Shown in pieces: positions 28,758-32,000 of a stretch of 32,000 nucleotides of DNA; the stretch's first letter is position 1; every line of letters starts with the position of its first letter. Under the pieces are notes generated by a model, which saw only the letters and a list, made by a program, of their open reading frames with translations, was not told the DNA's origin and did no database searches. The DNA is taken from NCBI RefSeq assembly GCF_000020225.1, contig NC_010655.1, positions 1,500,001 to 1,532,000 of the forward strand, given 5' to 3'. This stretch comes from Akkermansia muciniphila ATCC BAA-835. Its GTDB lineage: Bacteria > Verrucomicrobiota > Verrucomicrobiia > Verrucomicrobiales > Akkermansiaceae. Made by a program: the position numbers and the translations under genes.

Positions 28758-30137
28758 TCAGCAATTCACCACGTTGACGGCCAAGCCGCCCTGGGCGGTC
28801 TCCTTGTATTTGGATTGCATGTCCCTTCCGGTGTCCAGCATGGTGCGGATGACCTTGTCCAGCGGGACAAAATGAGCGCCCGTGCCGCCCAGGGCCATGC
28901 GGGCGGCGTTGATGGCCTTGATGGCGGCGATGGCGTTGCGCTCAATGCAGGGTATCTGGACGAGGCCCGCAATAGGATCGCAGGTGAGGCCCAGATTGTG
29001 CTCCATGCCTATTTCCGCGGCGTTTTCCACCTGGTGGGGTGTTCCCCCCAGGTACTCCGCAAGAGCGGCGGCGGCCATGGAGCAGGCTACTCCCACTTCT
29101 CCCTGGCAGCCTACGTCCGCGCCGGAAATGGAGGCGTTTTTCTTGTACAGGATGGCGATTCCCCCGGCGGTGAGCAGGAAGCGATGCACGGCATCCGGAT
29201 ACGGGGAAACGCAGAATTTGGTGGCGTAGTTAAGAACGGCCGGAACGATTCCCGCCGCTCCATTGGTCGGAGCGGTGACGATGCGGCCGCCGGCCGCGTT
29301 TTCCTCACTTACGGCAATGGCGTACAGATTGATCCAGTCCATAATGGAGAGAGGGTCTTTCAAGGCCGATTCTCCGTGCACCAGAAGATTCTTGCGCAAA
29401 GTTTTGGCCCGGCGCGGAACCTGCAGAACGCCCGGCAGGTTGCCGCGCGCGCTCATGCCGTTGGAGATGGACTGCTTCATCGTCGCCCAGATCAGGTCCA
29501 GTTTTTCACGGACTTCCCGTTCCGGGAGCATGGCGCATTCGTTTGCCATGACAATGGAGGAAAGAGGGCATCCACGCTCATCAGCCATGTGCAGCAGTTC
29601 CTCCGCGGATTCATAAGGAAAAGGGAAGGTTTCCCGATCCCTTTCTTCCGGATGCAGAAGTTCCTGTTCGGAAGAGACGAACCCGCCCCCCGTGGAATAA
29701 AATACCGCGTCTTCCACCGGGTCTCCGTCCTGGTTGACGGCAGTAAACTGCATCCCGTTCGGATGCAGGCGCAGGGGCTGGTAGTGGGAAAGATCCAGGT
29801 CGCGGGAAGGAGAGAAGCGGACGTTTTTTTCTTCCGTGACGGACAACGTTTCCTGCTGGTGCAGGCGGGCGATTTTTCCGGGAATGCTGCGCGGCTCCAC
29901 CGTATGGGGTTCTTCCCCCAGAAGCCCCAGCATGATGGCTGTGTCTGTGCCGTGCCCATGTCCGGTGGCGGCCAGGGAGCCGTAGCATTCGCAGCGGATG
30001 CCTGAGATTTCCGCCAAGCGCGGGGAGTGGCGCATCTGTTCAAGAAAGCGGTGCGCCGCCCGCATGGGCCCTACGGTATGGGATGATGAAGGACCTATGC
30101 CGATGCTGAAAAGCTCAAAAATGCTGTAATGGTGCAT
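28758..30137 (-). CDS. sdaA: L-serine ammonia-lyase (iron-sulfur dependent, single-chain form)
   Basis: I take the ATG at 30137 as the start. [28 protein letters not shown] is the canonical SdaA N-terminus. The product is 459 aa. The 55-codon upstream extension in the track is not needed. Confidence 0.92.
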   Translation of the reverse strand: MHHYSIFELFSIGIGPSSSHTVGPMRAAHRFLEQMRHSPRLAEISGIRCECYGSLAATGHGHGTDTAIMLGLLGEEPHTVEPRSIPGKIARLHQQETLSVTEEKNVRFSPSRDLDLSHYQPLRLHPNGMQFTAVNQDGDPVEDAVFYSTGGGFVSSEQELLHPEERDRETFPFPYESAEELLHMADERGCPLSSIVMANECAMLPEREVREKLDLIWATMKQSISNGMSARGNLPGVLQVPRRAKTLRKNLLVHGESALKDPLSIMDWINLYAIAVSEENAAGGRIVTAPTNGAAGIVPAVLNYATKFCVSPYPDAVHRFLLTAGGIAILYKKNASISGADVGCQGEVGVACSMAAAALAEYLGGTPHQVENAAEIGMEHNLGLTCDPIAGLVQIPCIERNAIAAIKAINAARMALGGTGAHFVPLDKVIRTMLDTGRDMQSKYKETAQGGLAVNVVNC

Positions 30138-30207
30138 GTCCGTTTTCCTGTAGCGGGGAAGGGCCGGAAATCCCGCTGGGAATTCCGGCCCGTTCCGAAA
30201 GATGGGT

Positions 30208-31137
30208 TTACAGCCCCAGCAGGTAGCGTTCCGCTTCAATCGCGGCGCTGCAGCCCATTCCGGCGGAAGAAATGGCCTGGCGGTAGTGAGGATCCGCCAC
30301 ATCTCCGGCGGCGAACAATCCCGGCGTCCTGGTCGCCATCATCCCTGTTTCCCGGATAATGTAGCCGGCATCGTCCCGGTCCACCAGATCCCCCAGGAAA
30401 GAAGTGTTCGGCGTGTGCCCGATCGCCATAAAGACGCATTTGACGGGAAGTTCCGTTTCATCCCCTTCTACTACGTCCTTCAGCATGACGGCTTCCAGTT
30501 CTCCCTTGTCGTCCGTCTTATAGCTTACGATGGTGGAATTCCACATGGGGAAAATCTTTTCATTGGACAGCGTTCGTTCCGCCATGATTTTGGAAGCGCG
30601 GAGCGTGTCGCGGCGGTGGATCAGGTACACCCGGGAAGCGAAGCGCGTCAGGAACATGGCTTCTTCACAGGCGCTGTCTCCTCCGCCTACCACGCACACA
30701 GGCACGTCCCGGTAAAAAGCTCCGTCACAGGTGGCGCAGGCGGTGAGTCCGTGGCCAACCAGCCCTTCCTCTCCCGGTATTCCCAGATAGCGGGCGGATG
30801 CTCCCGTAGCCACAATGATACTCCGGGTTTCGTAATTCTGGCCGCTGGTCTTCACGGTGAACAGCCCGGTGGCTTCATCCCTGACGACGCTCTTGACGTC
30901 CTCATATGCAAACCGGGTGCCGAACTTTTCCGCCTGCTGCTGCATCAGGAACATCAGGTCCGGCCCCATCACGCCGTCCGGAAAGCCGGGGAAGTTTTCC
31001 ACTTCCGTCGTGGTGGTCAGTTGTCCGCCGATTTGGGAACCCGTGATCAGAAGCGGAGAGAGATTGGCGCGGGCGGTGTAAATGGCCGCCGTGTAACCAG
31101 CGCAGCCGGCACCGATGATAATGACTTGTTCGCTCAT
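30208..31137 (-). CDS. trxB: Thioredoxin-disulfide reductase
   Basis: It has the FAD fold VIIIGAGCAGYTAA, the redox centre CATCDG and the NADPH fold VVGGGDSACEEA. I prefer the ATG at 31137 (MSEQVIIIG) because it forms an ATGA overlap with the upstream gene's stop. An alternative ATG lies at 31161. Confidence 0.9.
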   Translation of the reverse strand: MSEQVIIIGAGCAGYTAAIYTARANLSPLLITGSQIGGQLTTTTEVENFPGFPDGVMGPDLMFLMQQQAEKFGTRFAYEDVKSVVRDEATGLFTVKTSGQNYETRSIIVATGASARYLGIPGEEGLVGHGLTACATCDGAFYRDVPVCVVGGGDSACEEAMFLTRFASRVYLIHRRDTLRASKIMAERTLSNEKIFPMWNSTIVSYKTDDKGELEAVMLKDVVEGDETELPVKCVFMAIGHTPNTSFLGDLVDRDDAGYIIRETGMMATRTPGLFAAGDVADPHYRQAISSAGMGCSAAIEAERYLLGL

Positions 31138-32000
31138 AATAGTATATATGTCCGTTGCCATGGTAAAGGGCCCGTGCCCGTTTTGCGAGTAGATTTTGCG
31201 CTATGCGGAGACAATGCAGCGGCCTGCAATCCGGCGGTTGCGGGACGGGTTCCGGCAGTGGCGGAAAAGAGCTGCCTGCATGTATCCCTGGCGACGGTCT
31301 GCAATATTCTGGCCCTGTCTGCGGGAAGATTGCTCAGCCGCGTCCCTTTCAAGGACAAGCGGCCCGGCAGGCCCAGCGGAGACTTTCCGAATAACGTGAA
31401 GTAGATTACGCATGCCGTCAGGTAGCTCCCTTCCTCCGTCGGGTGCCGGCCGTCAGTCTGGTACAGCTGGATGTCAGTATGGCGTTTGAGGCAATTCTCC
31501 CAGGCAATGCCCACGGGGGCGAGCGCTGCTTTTTCCCTCCGGGCAAGTTTCAAATACGTTTCAAGAAGATCCTTTTGCTCCTGCGGGTCCGGAGTTCCGG
31601 AAGCTCCTCTTTTCCCCCACGTCAGCATCAGGATGGGCGTTCCTTTGGCGGCTCGTATCAGAGAGCACCATTTTTCTCCGAACTCCATGGTTCGTTCCGG
31701 AGCCCGGATAGGTGTGGCGCTTTGGTCCTGGAGAATAACGAAGTCCCATGCCGTTCCCTCCATGTTGCTGCGGGCACGCCTGTCATTCCAATGGGACTGG
31801 AGGGATGCTGCCGGAGCCGCGTGCATGTGCACGTCCGGCCGCAATCCTTTGGTGTCTGCCATGGCTTTAACCATGGCGGGCATGCGGTTGAAAAACGTAT
31901 AGCTGTTTCCCAGAAAGAGAATACGGCTGCCGGGGCGTGCAGGAACACAGCGCGGCCAGGAGGGGGATGCGGGCGGCTCTTCCCGGGCCTGGAGAGGGCG
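31134..32000 (-). CDS. SGNH-type hydrolase-like protein; the 5' end lies beyond the right window edge
   Basis: The track ORF starts at 31883, but I translated the same frame upstream by hand and it stays open to position 32000. It reads ...RILFLGNSYTFFNRMPAMVKAM..., an SGNH block I of the GNSxT type. Block V DGRHPT follows later. A ~60-aa low-complexity C-terminal tail precedes the stop at 31134. Confidence 0.7.
   Translation of the reverse strand, partial: RPLQAREEPPASPSWPRCVPARPGSRILFLGNSYTFFNRMPAMVKAMADTKGLRPDVHMHAAPAASLQSHWNDRRARSNMEGTAWDFVILQDQSATPIRAPERTMEFGEKWCSLIRAAKGTPILMLTWGKRGASGTPDPQEQKDLLETYLKLARREKAALAPVGIAWENCLKRHTDIQLYQTDGRHPTEEGSYLTACVIYFTLFGKSPLGLPGRLSLKGTRLSNLPADRARILQTVARDTCRQLFSATAGTRPATAGLQAAALSPHSAKSTRKTGTGPLPWQRTYILL

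Overview
This window is a gene-dense, GC-rich chromosomal segment made up mostly of core metabolism. The gene content and style suggest a Verrucomicrobiota genome of the Akkermansia type: ~700-aa type III glutamine synthetases, a PEP-CTERM protein, mucin-type esterase and glycosidase genes, and almost no Shine-Dalgarno sequences. That assignment is an inference and I could not run a search to confirm it.

Gene order, left to right:
- gmd (5' part, minus strand), then carA and carB (minus).
- Type III glutamine synthetase copy 1 (minus), divergent from gltB (plus).
- A ~720-bp gap between convergent genes, containing an orphan small ORF.
- yidC, yidD, rnpA and rpmH (minus), then type III glutamine synthetase copy 2 (minus).
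- A three-domain esterase and a GH63-like glycosidase (plus), in a visibly more AT-rich stretch.
- Hexose-6-phosphate epimerase, pdxH, nadC, a polyprenyl synthase and asd (minus).
- A PEP-CTERM protein (minus).
- An unknown secreted protein, sdaA, trxB and an SGNH-like hydrolase that runs off the right edge (all minus).

I saw no CRISPR array, tRNA or rRNA gene, transposase, integrase or recognisable defence system.

The signals most worth a second look are regulatory or small-scale:
1. Two perfect, back-to-back sigma-54 promoters (TGGCACG-N4-TTGCT) drive the first glutamine synthetase and gltB. A tandem pair of palindromic 18-mers sits about midway between them.
2. An orphan transcription unit lies downstream of gltB. 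It has a 65-codon Trp-rich ORF behind a perfect TAAGGAGGT ribosome-binding site, which the other gene starts I checked lack. It also has its own terminators and a 15-bp long-range inverted repeat.
3. A secreted protein combines three predicted esterase domains (SGNH, alpha/beta hydrolase, SGNH).
4. A 229-aa secreted protein has no recognisable family.
5. A 460-bp leader lies upstream of the PEP-CTERM gene and is bracketed by the same 15-mer palindrome.

The many long ORFs antisense to the real genes look like GC-driven shadow ORFs, and I rejected them.
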